A DNA stretch of 63,812 nucleotides, filler included, from Octopus bimaculoides (taxonomy: Eukaryota): NCBI RefSeq assembly GCF_001194135.2. It is 5 parts of 5 records of this genome, joined end to end, with 100 filler letters (N's around TTAATTAATTAA, not from the genome) between each part and the next. Parts side by side here need not be neighbours in the genome. Positions count along the whole stretch, not along the records: positions 1 to 14,771 come from NC_069004.1; positions 14,872 to 27,534 come from NC_068981.1; 3 more parts are not named here. The stretch is one strand, 5' to 3'. Below, one piece after another: positions 12,315 to 24,723 of this stretch. How positions within the stretch are numbered: the stretch's first letter is position 1; each line of letters opens with the position of its first letter. A model generated the notes under the pieces. The model saw nothing but the letters and a program-made list of their open reading frames with translations, searched no databases and was not told the DNA's origin. The translations under genes were made by a program, and so were the position numbers.

Positions 12315-14705
12315 AGCTAAATTTAGGAGTCTACTGGTGCCATGGAGACAGGAGGAGATGGCACCGCCTGGCCTGAGATCATGGAACCGCCAAAAATAAA
12401 AATGTTTTAGCATGTAGAAATGGTAACGTTGATCCCCAAGTTTCCATGGTCGGCAAATAACTGGGCTATGTTGGTATCGAATACCAAGCAGTCACTACTT
12501 AGAATGGCAGATTGAACACCGTCATGGATGCTGCGTGGTGTGGCCTCCCAAGTAAGTCGTCTCCGATGACCACTTAGTTCTAATCTGGTAATGGAATCAA
12601 AGTTTCAGCATTAGACAATAACAACAACAAAAGAGTTTTTAAGAATTTAAAATAACATACAACAAAGGATGAGGGTTAAAAAGATTGTCACTGTGTAGTT
12701 CCAGGTTCAACTCCAGTGAGAAGCACAGCTACTTGGGCAAGTGTCCTGCATAATTTTGGATTCATCGATGCCATGTAACTAGAATTTGGTAGAAGAAAAC
12801 TTTTGAGAAGCCCACCATGTGTGTGCGTTTAAGTGGATGCTTGTGGCTCGATTCCACTGAGAAACACAACCAATTGGATGTGTTCTTTTTAATCTTTGGG
12901 CTGAGCAATGCTTTCTGATTGGAATCTGGTAGAAAAAACAACTGTGCAGTAGCCCAATGTGCACGTGTGTTTGTTTAGATTTGCACTCAATGAATGTCAT
13001 CAGCTACAAACAGCATCATTGTTGTCATTTCTCCTGCCAACAATTTGTCCATTTGTAACAGGAAGGGTATTGGCTTGTAAAAGAATGCATCAATAATATA
13101 CAAGTCTAACACAAGTCAGAATGGAAAAACACATGTAAAACCCCAAAACTGAATGTGTGTGTGTGTGTGGTTGACTGGGTTAAGAAGTTTCTTTCACAAC
13201 CACAAAGTTCCAGGTTTGATTCAGCTACATGTCATGGGCAAATATCATTTTCTGTCTCTTCAGGTTGATCCATCTTGTGAGTGAAATTGGGTGGATGTAA
13301 ACTGTATAGAAAGCTGTCAAGTGGATTGTAACAATAATTCAAAAAGCTACAGCCTGGTCAAACCCTGTGATGTGTTAGTTCTGCCAGAGAATTATATTAA
13401 AATCCTTTTGACACCAACCTGCCTGAACTGCCTGAGACTCTCTTAGGTTATATGATACAAACTTCCACCTTTAAAGTAATCTAAATTAAAACCTTCTGCC
13501 ACCAAAATTTCATGATAATTTTTGTTCTAAACACCAGCTTCATAATGAATTATTTTACTAAATTCTTTATTATTTTTTGAAATTAATTGGAGCAAAGGCA
13601 ATGTATTTCACTGAAATAATGATAACAAAAGAGTTAAGGTACATGTGTTAGTGAAATGCTCACCAACTAACACGTTAATTGCATGTTCATTCAATGAGCA
13701 AGTAATTTAGTTGATCAAACAACAGAGAGCCATTTATTGTTATCATCATTATTATCAATGTCCATTTTTCATAGTGGTATGGGATGGACAGTTTGTAAAG
13801 AATTCAAAGGGCCCAGGAACTGCATTGTGCTCCAATGTCTCTTTTTGGCATGGTCTAATGCCAACCACTTAAGTGTATTGAATGCTTTTTTTCATGGTAC
13901 CTGTACTTGTGAGGTCACCATGTAGTTTGTAAGACTACAAATGCAGAATGAGTAGCTTTATGCTAGGAGATGAAGGATATAGACATGAAAGAAGGGGCCA
14001 CAGCAGAGCAGGTTTCTTGCTGTAGAGGAGCTACAGGACTATTCACATTTTAGACGAGAGGTAAGGAGCAATCAGGTGAAGCTGGAAATAGTGGTGATGG
14101 TGTTAGGGTGGCTCTTCAAGGTACAAAGTGGATAGAAATAAGTGGGGCAGAGGGACCAGGAGTGTGGATGAGTGAAAGTTGCACAATAGTATTAGTGAGG
14201 GGAGATCATCCATCACTTGGTGGCTGCAATGGTGTGCTCCTGTCAGAGCACACCATTGCAGTGGCACAAATGGGATCTCTCAAATCCACACTATCAACTC
14301 TAGTGCATTCCCAGGCTTTTACCCTTTAGCATTTAAACCAGCTATATATGGCCAAAACAGTCTCCCTGTTTCAAACTGGTCAGATCCAATGTCTTACATC
14401 TACCCTACGATGTGAGTCCAAAAAAGTATACAGCCACATAATTGAAATCTCGATGCTACAAGATAATGCAGGATAAATAAGCATTACATTTGATTGAATA
14501 ATCTGAATGCTAAAGAGTTAATTTTGTTTCCCTACTTCACATGCATCAACAACCTACTCACTGTCACCACCAACAAAGCCCACTCATATGCAGATGAGAT
14601 GTCTCTTCATTTCTCCATACCCTTCTCTATCCCAAAACCCTTCAAATTGGAGTGTGTTGTGGGCAATTTTATACCACTCAATTGGGTGTCTTCTTCTTGG
14701 ATGAG

Positions 14706-14771
<66 letters not shown>

Positions 14772-14873
14772 NNNNNNNNNNNNNNNNNNNNNNNNNNNNN
14801 NNNNNNNNNNNNNNNTTAATTAATTAANNNNNNNNNNNNNNNNNNNNNNNNNNNNNNNNNNNNNNNNNNNNAT

Positions 14874-14922
<49 letters not shown>

Positions 14923-15836
14923 TTGTGTGTCTGTGTTTGTCCCCCCAATATCGATTGACAGCCGATGCTGGTGTGTTTACGTCCCCGTATCTTAGCGGTT
15001 CGGCAAAAGAGACAGATAGAATAAGTACTAGGCTTAAAAAGAATAAGTCCTAGGGTTGATGTGTTCGACTAAAGGCGGTGCTCTAGCATGGCCACAGTCA
15101 AATGACTGAAACAAGTAAAAGAGTAAAATAGTATGTATAATATACATAGCACACCAAAAGATTATTACCAGCCTGATTAATACCAACAGCGCTTGTCAAG
15201 GAGTGGAGGAACAAAAACGTGCGCGCACGCACACACACACACAAACACAATCGGACATACACACACTAACTGACACGGGCACACACACACACATACATAC
15301 ATGCATACATACATACATATTGAAATGTCATGTATGGTCTGCTCTAATTAAATGGAGCTAACATAGGGAGACAGAGACAGAAGTGTATAATTAAATAGAC
15401 TACATGCATTTGCGATGCGTCTCTGTAAATGACCTTGGGGGAATATCATTGAAAAAAATTAGAAGACAAACAACCAAACCAATGGCTCGGTATAAAACAA
15501 ATTAAAACCTATGAAAATTTCATTAGAAACCACTTATTGGTAAATATTTTAGTTATTCGAACACAACAATACATGCGTAACAATCTTCTTCGGTTAATCT
15601 CCAAGTTGGAGATTAACCCAGTTTCCATGGCGTATAAGTGAGATTACAACACTCACCCTGGATGGGAGGCCAATCCGTTGCAGAGTTGATTCTCCAGTCG
15701 TTGCTGGAAATCATTTACAGCTGAGTAGACTAGAATAATGTGAAACGAACTATTTCACTCAAGAATATGACGCACTAGCCAGTCTGGGAATCGAAACCAC
15801 AATCCGACGAGCATGAATGCAACATTTCTAATCACT

Positions 15837-16099
15837 TTATATATCTAACTAGAAGTGAACGTTGCTTCTGCTTGGAAGAGGCGATGACTCAGTGACATTT
15901 AAGTCTAAGTTTCCTCCCTTTAATTGTCTTTCTGCTTATTAATTTTTAAGTATAAAAAGACTATATAAAGAATAGTCTTTTTACACTTAAAAATTAATAA
16001 GCAGAAAGACAATTAAAGGAAGGAAACTTAGATTTAAATGTCACTGAGTCATCGCCTCTTCCAAGCAGAAGCAACGTTCACTTCTAGTTAGATATATAA
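15837..16099. mobile_element. 263-bp near-perfect palindrome (MITE-like)
   Basis: ttatatatctaactagaagtgaacg... is mirrored by ...cgttcacttctagttagatatataa, with a short central loop and TA ends. Confidence 0.85.
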
Positions 16100-16258
16100 C
16101 TTTGAGCGTGAAACCTAATAGACATTAATGCATTTCTACGTCTGCTCATGAATACGTAGGACTCTAACGTTTTTTTGCGAAAGGGTGCTACTGGGACTAA
16201 CCCTACATACCAGCAAGTGACGGGAATGGTTTATATTCATATCTATCCATTCATACAT

Positions 16259-16296
<38 letters not shown>

Positions 16297-16310
16297 TCTT
16301 CTACTATTAC

Positions 16311-16360
16311 CGTCTCCGATGAAGGGATACATTGGATTTTCCCTGAAACAGCTGTAACTT
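16311..16360 (+). ncRNA. Degenerate hammerhead-like motif (probable Penelope-like pLTR relic)
   Basis: CCGATGA-AGGG...CCCT-GAAAC-AGCT-GTA with a palindromic loop III. There is a U4-to-C change and stem I does not pair. Confidence 0.4.
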
Positions 16361-16598
16361 TATACATAAAATATAATTCTAACTTTACCATTGGTCTCTT
16401 TATCCTTTCCTTTCTTTATACATACACACGCTAATACACGACCTATGTTATATTCTCCACTCATATTGCTCCAATGACAGGGGCAAAACTAGTCGGTATA
16501 CAGCACTTACTCGGTATTACCTGTATCCTCTTGGGTTTGGTTAAATCCAATACCCTCCTCAACCTTATATATATANNNNNNNNNNNNNNNNNNNNNNN

Positions 16599-16631
<33 letters not shown>

Positions 16632-17223
16632 CGTGCGTGTGTGTGTGTGTGTATGCATGTATGTATGTATATATGTGTATATATATACATACACATATAT
16701 ACATATGCATATATGGGTACAGGACGTCACCAACTGTGTAAACAACATGAAATGCGTAGACAAACGAGTTAAATACGTAAACAACGAGTGGAAAAATGGA
16801 AAACAGGACAAGTACACATAGAGAAACGACACTTCATCAGTTGTCGGTTGTATATTTACTCCTCATTTCCAACATAATGCTCAATAGCACCACCTGGAAA
16901 AGTCTTTCAATTATTTCGGGAGACCATGGACCACTCAGTCCGTCCGAGAGTTGTTGTTGTTGGTTGAGATGTATCCAGGTCTTGGTGGTTTATCCGTTAT
17001 TTCCTAGAGGAATTTGTCCAGATACCGTTTGAAAGTCGTGGAGTCTTTTTCTAATTTTATTCGTTTTGGGATAACATTGAAAAGAGCAGGACCATAGGCA
17101 GTGAAGAAATTGTGTTGCAATGTTCTTATGAGACATGATCTCAACATTTGTAGGGGGCGCATTGCACGGCAGCCTAGTCTTGGGTGAATGTAAGCATAAT
17201 ACCGATATCATTTGGATAATATT

Positions 17224-17448
17224 CTTTTTACTCTTTTACTCTTTTACTTGTTTCAGTCATTTGACTGTGGCCATGCTGGAGCACCGCCTTTAGTCAAGCA
17301 AATCGACCCCAGGACTTATTCTTTGTAAGCCTAGTACTTATTCTATTGGTCTCTTTTTTCCGAACCGCTATGTTACGGTGACGTAAACACACCAGCATCG
17401 GTCGTCAAGCGATGTTGGGGGAACAAACACAGACACACAAACATATAT

Positions 17449-17539
<91 letters not shown>

Positions 17540-17700
17540 TATGACGGGCTTCTTTCAGTTTCCGTCTACCAAATCCACTCACAAGGCTTTTGTCAGCCCA
17601 AGGCTATAGTAGAGGACACTTGCCCAAGGTGCCACGCAGTGGGCCTGAACCCGGAACCATGTGGTTGGTAGGCAAGCTACTACCACACAGCCACTCCTAC
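17224..17700 (-). mobile_element. Full-length tRNA-derived CORE-type SINE family B (OR2-like), about 220 bp upstream of the IL-17 exon
   Basis: Head ggagtggctgtgtggtag...ggttccgggttcaggccc, CORE-like ccttgggcaagtgt, internal (TA)/(TG) tract, and an (AAAAGAGT)n-like tail. Confidence 0.85.
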
Positions 17701-17869
17701 ACCTGTTTTCCTCAAAGGGTAATTAATGTATCGCTCAAGGCAGCGTTACAGAGAATAGAGCTTCAGCTGTTTAAGTCGAGCCCAATAATCAAATCCCATC
17801 ATGCCATTTATTTTATTTTATTTTATTTTTTTTGTGTGATTAAACTTTCATTTATGTTTATCTTGTGTC

Positions 17870-18418
17870 ATGGAATGTAAAATTCACCACTTGACCAACA
17901 TATTTTCTGATTTACAGGTTCACATCCATCTTGCAATTTTCTTCCTCCTCTTGATTATATCGACAACATCACTTCCAACAGAATGTAAAACTCCGTTAGA
18001 CTTGAAAGTCCAGTTCGAGAAACTGTCCAAGGCACCCGTTGGCAAAAAGTTTTTTCTGCCGGTTGAGATGGTTTCAGCCAATAAGAAGCAAAATCTGATC
18101 GTCGGAGATATGGATTGTCCAACATCTGCTTCTGTTGATGATATCAAGGAGCATTCGAGCTGTCCTTGGTTCTCGACTACTACCCAAGATTCAACAGTTT
18201 TCCCTTCATCACGTACGGAAGTAATATGTCGCTGTAGAGATTGTCTAGACTCTGACAACAATCATCAATGTGTAACAGTATACACTAAACAGTTTGTTCT
18301 CAATCGTACAGATGAATGTATTGATGGCATGTATGTGTATAAACCAGCTGTGATTGATGTAGCCTCATCCTGTATATGTGCTGATAAAGTCGATGTGATA
18401 GTCAAAGGACAACTTTGA
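17870..18418 (+). CDS. IL17: Interleukin-17-like secreted cystine-knot cytokine (paralog 1). Probable main coding exon 17918-18418; the true first exon is not located.
   Basis: ORF with a hydrophobic signal-like stretch (VHIHLAIFFLLLIISTTSLP) and the IL-17 knot pattern SSCPW...D..VFP..RTEVICRCRDC...QCVTVY...VLNRT.EC.DG.YVYKP..IDVASSCIC. Phase-0 acceptor ttttctgatttacag|GTT at 17917/17918. AATAAA at 18466-18471. Confidence 0.92.
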   Translation: MECKIHHLTNIFSDLQVHIHLAIFFLLLIISTTSLPTECKTPLDLKVQFEKLSKAPVGKKFFLPVEMVSANKKQNLIVGDMDCPTSASVDDIKEHSSCPWFSTTTQDSTVFPSSRTEVICRCRDCLDSDNNHQCVTVYTKQFVLNRTDECIDGMYVYKPAVIDVASSCICADKVDVIVKGQL

Positions 18419-18465
18419 GCCTTAAATACAGACAACTACCAAAGCTTGAAATGACATGTGGCTAT

Positions 18466-18471
18466 AATAAA
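18466..18471 (+). terminator. Candidate polyadenylation signal of IL-17 paralog 1
   Basis: AATAAA 47 nt after the stop codon, followed by a T-rich downstream tract. Confidence 0.55.
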
Positions 18472-21158
18472 CCTTTGTACATATTTCATTTGCTTGTTCT
18501 TTTTTGTCTTTTTTTTCTTGCCTTTAACCCTCCAACGCGGAGTATAGACCACTTATAATTGAATTCCATGTCGCATAATTTTCGCTTCTGTACTTATACT
18601 CTGTCATGAATGTCCCTCTTTCTCTAGTTCCTTTTGTGTTGATCTACGCCACGTGTTCTTAGGTCTACCCCTCTTTCTATATCCATCCGGATTCCACTAT
18701 AAAGCACTTTTCGCTTGTTTTAGCGTATGTAAATGTGTTATACATCTTTAGTATATTCAATGAAATCCTACGTCATTACTATGAAATAATTTAACTTTGT
18801 TAAAAATATCATCTAAGTAGTAGCATGATATTCAATTATATGTGCATATATTAGCAATATATACAAAATATATAACTATACAAGACAAAGCAATATCATG
18901 CATTTTAACATAGCTTTTTATCATTGATATTTATGCACATTCATGCACTCACGCACACAGACGTACATGTGCACATACGTGCAATCTCTATAACACGCGT
19001 TCATTTCCTGATTTTCATAATTACCAGTGAGAGGTTGGTGGAATGCCAGGTATTTTAAAAGAAATATGTTATGCTTTATTCTGTCTGAATTAAAATCTCG
19101 TTCATATTTGACTGATGTTTTCATCTTATCTGTTCTCGATGAAAATAAATACCAGAAATGTACTCAGTTAAAAAATATCAATTAATCATCACTTATTCTT
19201 TATCTCCTGTCGAATACAGAAGGTGATATTGTACCGGTGGCTTCAAATTAACGACATAATTTTAAAGATAATAATAAAATGCCTTACATTAATTAACGCG
19301 ACGAGGATGGCTGACCTGTTGAATCAGTGGATCATCGGACAAATACTGTGTGGAATTTGTTCTTTCTCTGTTGTTCTAATTTCAAATACAACTGAAGTCA
19401 AATTTGTTTTTCGTCATTCTGGTGTCAAAAATTGAAATTCCAATCAGGCAGAATGTTGGTTGCTTCAATCGACTAACAATTCCCCACCATAATAGATTAG
19501 GCACGAGTTTAGAAGCCATTATCTGTTGTCATTGACTTACGTTTAGAATTCAAATTCTACAAGTTATGCATTTACAGGTAATGCCAAAATAAGCACCAAC
19601 GATAGAGGTCTTATTCAATAGGTTGTTAAGTCACATGTAAGAAATTAAAATTGCTCCTTTGTAAGAAAGTCAGGCTTTAAAAAGTAACCTTAGAGTAAAA
19701 AACACTTTCATAAAGCTTTAACAACACGGTTCTATTTGTTTCAAATTACATAGGTATTGCCTTAGCAGAACAATTGGTAAAATGCTTTGTTATATTAAGA
19801 TAAATTTGTTTTGATCTAACTTCATGTCCCACGATATGAAGTGCGCATATTGTGCTCTTGGTATCAGTAAATTAAATACCAATAAATCACTGTGTTCCGT
19901 CACTAATGATAAAGATCTGAAATATAAACATATAGTTATTATGGATATAGATTGCATGCATTTTGAATTCTATTGTACTGACACAGTTACGTGTGTGTAA
20001 ATGTATTCGTCACCTAGTGCAATGTAGCCAAGAATCATGAATTCAACAGCTTAACTAGTAGGTCACATTTTTTCAAATATATACACTGTACAATTTAAAC
20101 AATGATAGATGCATAAGTTCATACATACATACATACATACATACATACATACATACATACATACATGAAGAGAGAGAGAGAGAGACCCCCTTCAGTCATG
20201 ACTGACCATGGGATTGCACCTAGAAAGTTACCCTCCGAGGCACAAGTCCGGGCAAGATAGTTTATGGAAGACCAGCAGTCACCCATGCGTACCAGTCTCC
20301 CCTCTCCACACCACTGATGTTATCCAAGGGAAGGGCAAAGGCCGATACAGCTTGGCACCAGTAATGTCGCAAATTTAATCAGAAATGTAAATGGAAGAAT
20401 ATCATGTCCAGCGACGTTCGATAAGGCGTAAAATAACTGACAAAAAGATCTGCAATGTTTTTTCATATATATATATATATATTTATTAAATGACAAATTA
20501 GTATGCTAATAAATTAATACGTACAATGAATGGATGTTTATAAGATTGCCCTATATATTATAAATATATCTATATTAAAGTATTTTACGTGTTACATGAT
20601 TAAATATTATTAGAAAAGTAAATAAATACTTATAACTTGAGATTTGCGCTTAAGAAATGAAATGAAATAATTTAATAAAACTACCTATTTATCGCTTTCT
20701 TCTTTCAACACAAGCTTGTGGATAAATGAGACAGTGAATAATCAAATAAATAATGCTAGAAAACACTATCATTATTTATTTCAGTAAATCGAAAAATTTA
20801 AAGTAAACTTGGACGTATCTGGAAATGACTTGAAATCAATCAAAAGGGTTTTAAATAAACAATGCCTGGCATTGCCAATTTTGAAGTTTTTGCTAAAACA
20901 GAAGCTTATCACATTTTAGTATCGATTTCTGATCTAGACATAAGATCAACGACTTGGAGGAAATAAAATTACAATTTTATAGACCACAGTACATCAGTGG
21001 GGCTCTGTATAAATATAAAAGTAAATGGAAGTTGTGTACAACGTCTGACGAAAAAGACAGAAACAAAATGCAGTTAAACATGAAATATAATATAAAGGAT
21101 ATTTAAAAATAAAAATAGACATGTTTTAAAGATGAATTTTTTGACGAAGACTGAAGTT

Positions 21159-21420
21159 GACGCCGAAACTAAATGCATGATGATGCTGAAGAAGCAGTTC
21201 AAATACTTGTTCAAATAAGAACTTGTGCGAGAGAAAATACTTTAGCCAAGTGTTGAGGAGTGGTGTAGAAGAATTATGCTGTAAACTATGTGGTAGGCGA
21301 TAAGAAATACCAGGATTACATGTGCGGTCGCGCGCGTGTGTACAAGTTCTTGATTGAAAGATACCTTGTGGAAGCTTCTCGTACCTACATAAATAATTCA
21401 TGTGACGGAAGCTTGTCACA
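21159..21420 (-). pseudogene. Truncated 5' fragment of an IL-17 paralog (upstream region, acceptor and signal peptide only)
   Basis: Colinear similarity to 23830-24120 (tgctgaagaagcagttcaaatac; aattatgctgtaaacta; gataagaaataccag; ggaagctt). One frame gives YLNCFFSIIMHLVSAS versus YLNCFFSVIIFVSSAS in paralog 2. No cystine-knot sequence was seen downstream. Confidence 0.7.
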
Positions 21421-21699
21421 CATACATACATACATACATACACACATACACACATACATACATACATACATACATACATACATACACACGCATACATACA
21501 TACATACATACATACATACATACATACACACACATACATACATACGTACATACACATATACATACATATATATATATACATATATATACATATATATATT
21601 GTCAAATCCTTGTGGTTCTCTGTTGTCAATGGCTTTTTTGACAACATACAAAGTGGTCGTGTGTTCCTTACGCAGAGTCTGATCTCTTCTTGTGTCTAA

Positions 21700-23128
21700 A
21701 TCTTAGATCCATCATGGTGTCATTTTAAACCAGACATAGTTTCCATATCCGATGTGGACTGCCAGGAGCTGCAGTTAAGTTTTGATCCTTGTGAATCTTA
21801 AAATGTCTTTTGAGGCCTCCGTTAGATTTGCGGACCTTATGGCATACACGGCATTGAAACGTGTGCACACATATATAGGCTGAATATTTGGTGGAGGCTC
21901 GTTTTTCATGCGTCCGCATATGGGATTTGAGCCCAGCAAAACAAAGTCATCGTCTGTCACAAATTGTGTCCAAAAAGGTCATTGGACTTCACTTGTTCTA
22001 TCGTAACATTCTTCTTTACATCTCTCTTGTACCTTTCTTGCGTTATCCTGGCCTCTTCAAACGCTTTCTCTCCACTCCACATTTTGTTCACCATACAGCT
22101 CGATCCGAAGCAAGGGTTTCTATGTCCTCTGGATCCATTCCAAGTGACTTCCTGGTAGTCTTTATGCCGTCCTTAAACCTCTTTTTAGGTTTACACCGAT
22201 AGCGCTCTCCTCTGCAGGGTCACCATAAAACAGCTGTTTGAGTGCGCGTTCAGCCTCCATTCGAACACTATGGCTAGGCCATCTCGTTTGGCTTTTCAAA
22301 ACCATTGCTTTAATTGAAGTTATGCCTGCTGATGCAAGAACAGCTGTGTTTGAGTAATAAAAAAAAACTCCATTTTATGTTTAAACTGCGATGAAGGCAT
22401 TTTTGTTCTAAAAAATTATTCTAAAAATTTGTATCAGAATATGTATCAGAAGAATAGAGCAGCCTGGTCATATTAAAACCATTCCCTGTTGTTCGATATT
22501 TTAAGTAAATACCCTTCCAATAGATTGTTCGGGTCAAGATTGATATTTTCTAAAGCATGGTGGAATCTTTGGAAGTTAGTTGGTAATTTCAAGTTTGCAA
22601 CATTTAACTTTTTGGGTACTTTAGGACCAGACTTAACTTTTAGGCATTATCAGAACATTTATTTTTTCACGCACTAGACGATAGTCAGTCCAGCTCTCTG
22701 CTCCTCTCATGGTTCGAACACTTTCATATCACGCTTTCTGATCAAAATATAATATTGACCGTGGGTGCATTCAGGTGGTTTTAAATTTATTTTTCTGTTT
22801 AAACAGTGTTGGTAAAAACCAGATTGTTCTCAGTATAAAAACATCAAAAGAGCTACTCCATTTTTATTATTTTTTCCAATACCATTATCGGCCTAAAACA
22901 GTCCATGAAATGTAGTTATTTCTATCGCTTGTATTGAAATCTCCCAGTATGGCCAGCTTGTCAGAAATCGGTACTTTCCTCAATAATTGTGCTAGATCGT
23001 CATAAAATTGTCCTACAGTTTCATCGGAATGAGACAATATTGGTGTATAAATATTGACAACGGTAAGAGACCTGCCTTTTGTCAGTTTTATACAGCATGA
23101 CAAGGTTCGTTCAGATATACCACTTGGA
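21700..23128 (-). mobile_element. Internally deleted RTE-clade LINE (APE endonuclease fragment plus 3' end)
   Basis: LTVVNIYTP...FYDDL...KLAILGDFN at 22885-23128; 3' region with LKQLFYG and C..CHKV.KSNGGLKRHFKIH. Confidence 0.8.
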
Positions 23129-23352
23129 AATGTACATACATATATACATACATAATACATACATATATACATACATAATACATGCATACATACATACACA
23201 CATACATGCATGCATACATACATAATACATATATGCATACATAGAGCCTAAACAAATTTTAGTAAGTTATACATAGTATAGCATAACCTCGTGGTGGTTG
23301 AATGCCAACAATATTTACGCCAAAGCAGGTCACAGATTGTTGTCAACTGCTT

Positions 23353-23928
23353 TTACGACTCATAATCTTTTTTATTTATATTTTCACGATCGATAATCCG
23401 CGCACATACACAAGCTGAGGCGACATTAATTTTACTGGGCTTATATACATAGAACCCGTCAACACATGCTCCTGTACGAATAAGAACAGGCATTTCAGTA
23501 TATACTGTCACACAGTGGTAGTTGTTGTCAGTGCCTAGACAATTTTTACAGCGACACACAGCTTCAGTACGTAGTGGAGGGTAAACGTTTTTGTCATAGA
23601 TAACTTTCAGGTACCAAGGACACGTGGAACGCCTGCGGGCAGCTCTGGAATGAACAATAGACGTTGGGCAAGTTTTATCCAAGTCCAGCATTGGTAATTT
23701 TGTTGTCGCATGTGAAGCTATTTTAGCTGTGAAGATAAACTTATTGCGTAACCTGGAATGACTCTTATGTCGGACGTCCAATCTGACTGGTATTCTACAT
23801 TGTCTCCGATATGATGCCGAAGATACAAATATGATGACGCTGAAGAAGCAGTTCAAATACGGAATACAGACCTGTACAACAGAAAATATTTTTGTCAAGT
23901 GGTGTGATGTATTTTCAATATGACACAT
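23353..23928 (-). CDS. IL17: Interleukin-17-like secreted cystine-knot cytokine (paralog 2). Probable main coding exon 23871-23353.
   Basis: ORF with a signal-like stretch (VCIPYLNCFFSVIIFVSSAS) and RSTCPW...YDKNVYP..RTEAVCRCKNC...HCVTVY...VLIRTGACVDGFYVYKP..INVASACVC. All cysteines align with paralog 1. Phase-0 acceptor ttttctgttgtacag|GTC. Confidence 0.92.
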   Translation of the reverse strand: MCHIENTSHHLTKIFSVVQVCIPYLNCFFSVIIFVSSASYRRQCRIPVRLDVRHKSHSRLRNKFIFTAKIASHATTKLPMLDLDKTCPTSIVHSRAARRRSTCPWYLKVIYDKNVYPPLRTEAVCRCKNCLGTDNNYHCVTVYTEMPVLIRTGACVDGFYVYKPSKINVASACVCARIIDRENINKKDYES

Positions 23929-24691
23929 TTATCGACGTAAAAATACAAGAATAATCTTACTTCATTTGAAATATTTATAAAAGTTATTTTACATTTAAGA
24001 GAAATTATGCTGTAAACTACTTGAAGAGTGATAAGAAATACCAGAATTCTATGCACATGCGTGTGCGCTGATTCTTGATTTAAAAGGAAACCATGCGGAA
24101 GCTTATCACACACTCCGTATAGACTACACTTCGTAGTGCTCAAAAGATTTAAATCTGAGCCGGTAAACGATGAAAGGAGGTGGAAGGGGGATGGAAGGAG
24201 ATGGGAGAGGAAGCAAACTGTATATCGGCTTGACTATCTTGATCTTGCTTGTCCTTACATTTATATATAATATATATGTATGAGATGGAGGTGGAAAAAA
24301 GCACAGAAGTAAGTCCAAGACATTTCAATTTTAGAAGGAATTTAATGAAAATGATTTTAAAAATTATATAAAGAAAATATTGCTGGTTTCGATGATGAAT
24401 CTTTTCTTATCAAATAACGCTAAAAATTTTCTAAAGATTTAAAGTAAAACAGTTCATCTTCTGTCTGGGAGTCNNNNNNNNNNGCTCAATAAACACTCAC
24501 AACGCCCGGTCTGGGAATCGAAACCGCTATCCTGTGACCGCGAGTCCTCTGCCCTAACCACTGGGCCATTGCGCCTCCTGTACATAGTATACAACACTAA
24601 TAAAAAAAAACAAAGGGAGTGAATGACAAAACTTAAAATAAAATCCTAACAAAAACACTAGAATACAAATTATCGTCCAAAATGTTTGTAT

Positions 24692-24723
<32 letters not shown>

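Noticed and set aside
13993-14015. GGGGCCACAGCAGA resembling the start of the CPEB3 HDV-like ribozyme
   Set aside because: No complementary P1 strand or the rest of the double pseudoknot was found; likely a chance match in a repeat.
14816-14827. TTAATTAATTAA island between N runs; also at 27579-27590, 57585-57596 and 61825-61836
   Set aside because: The identical word is centred in equal N blocks and encodes stops in all six frames; it is a scaffolding linker, not biology.
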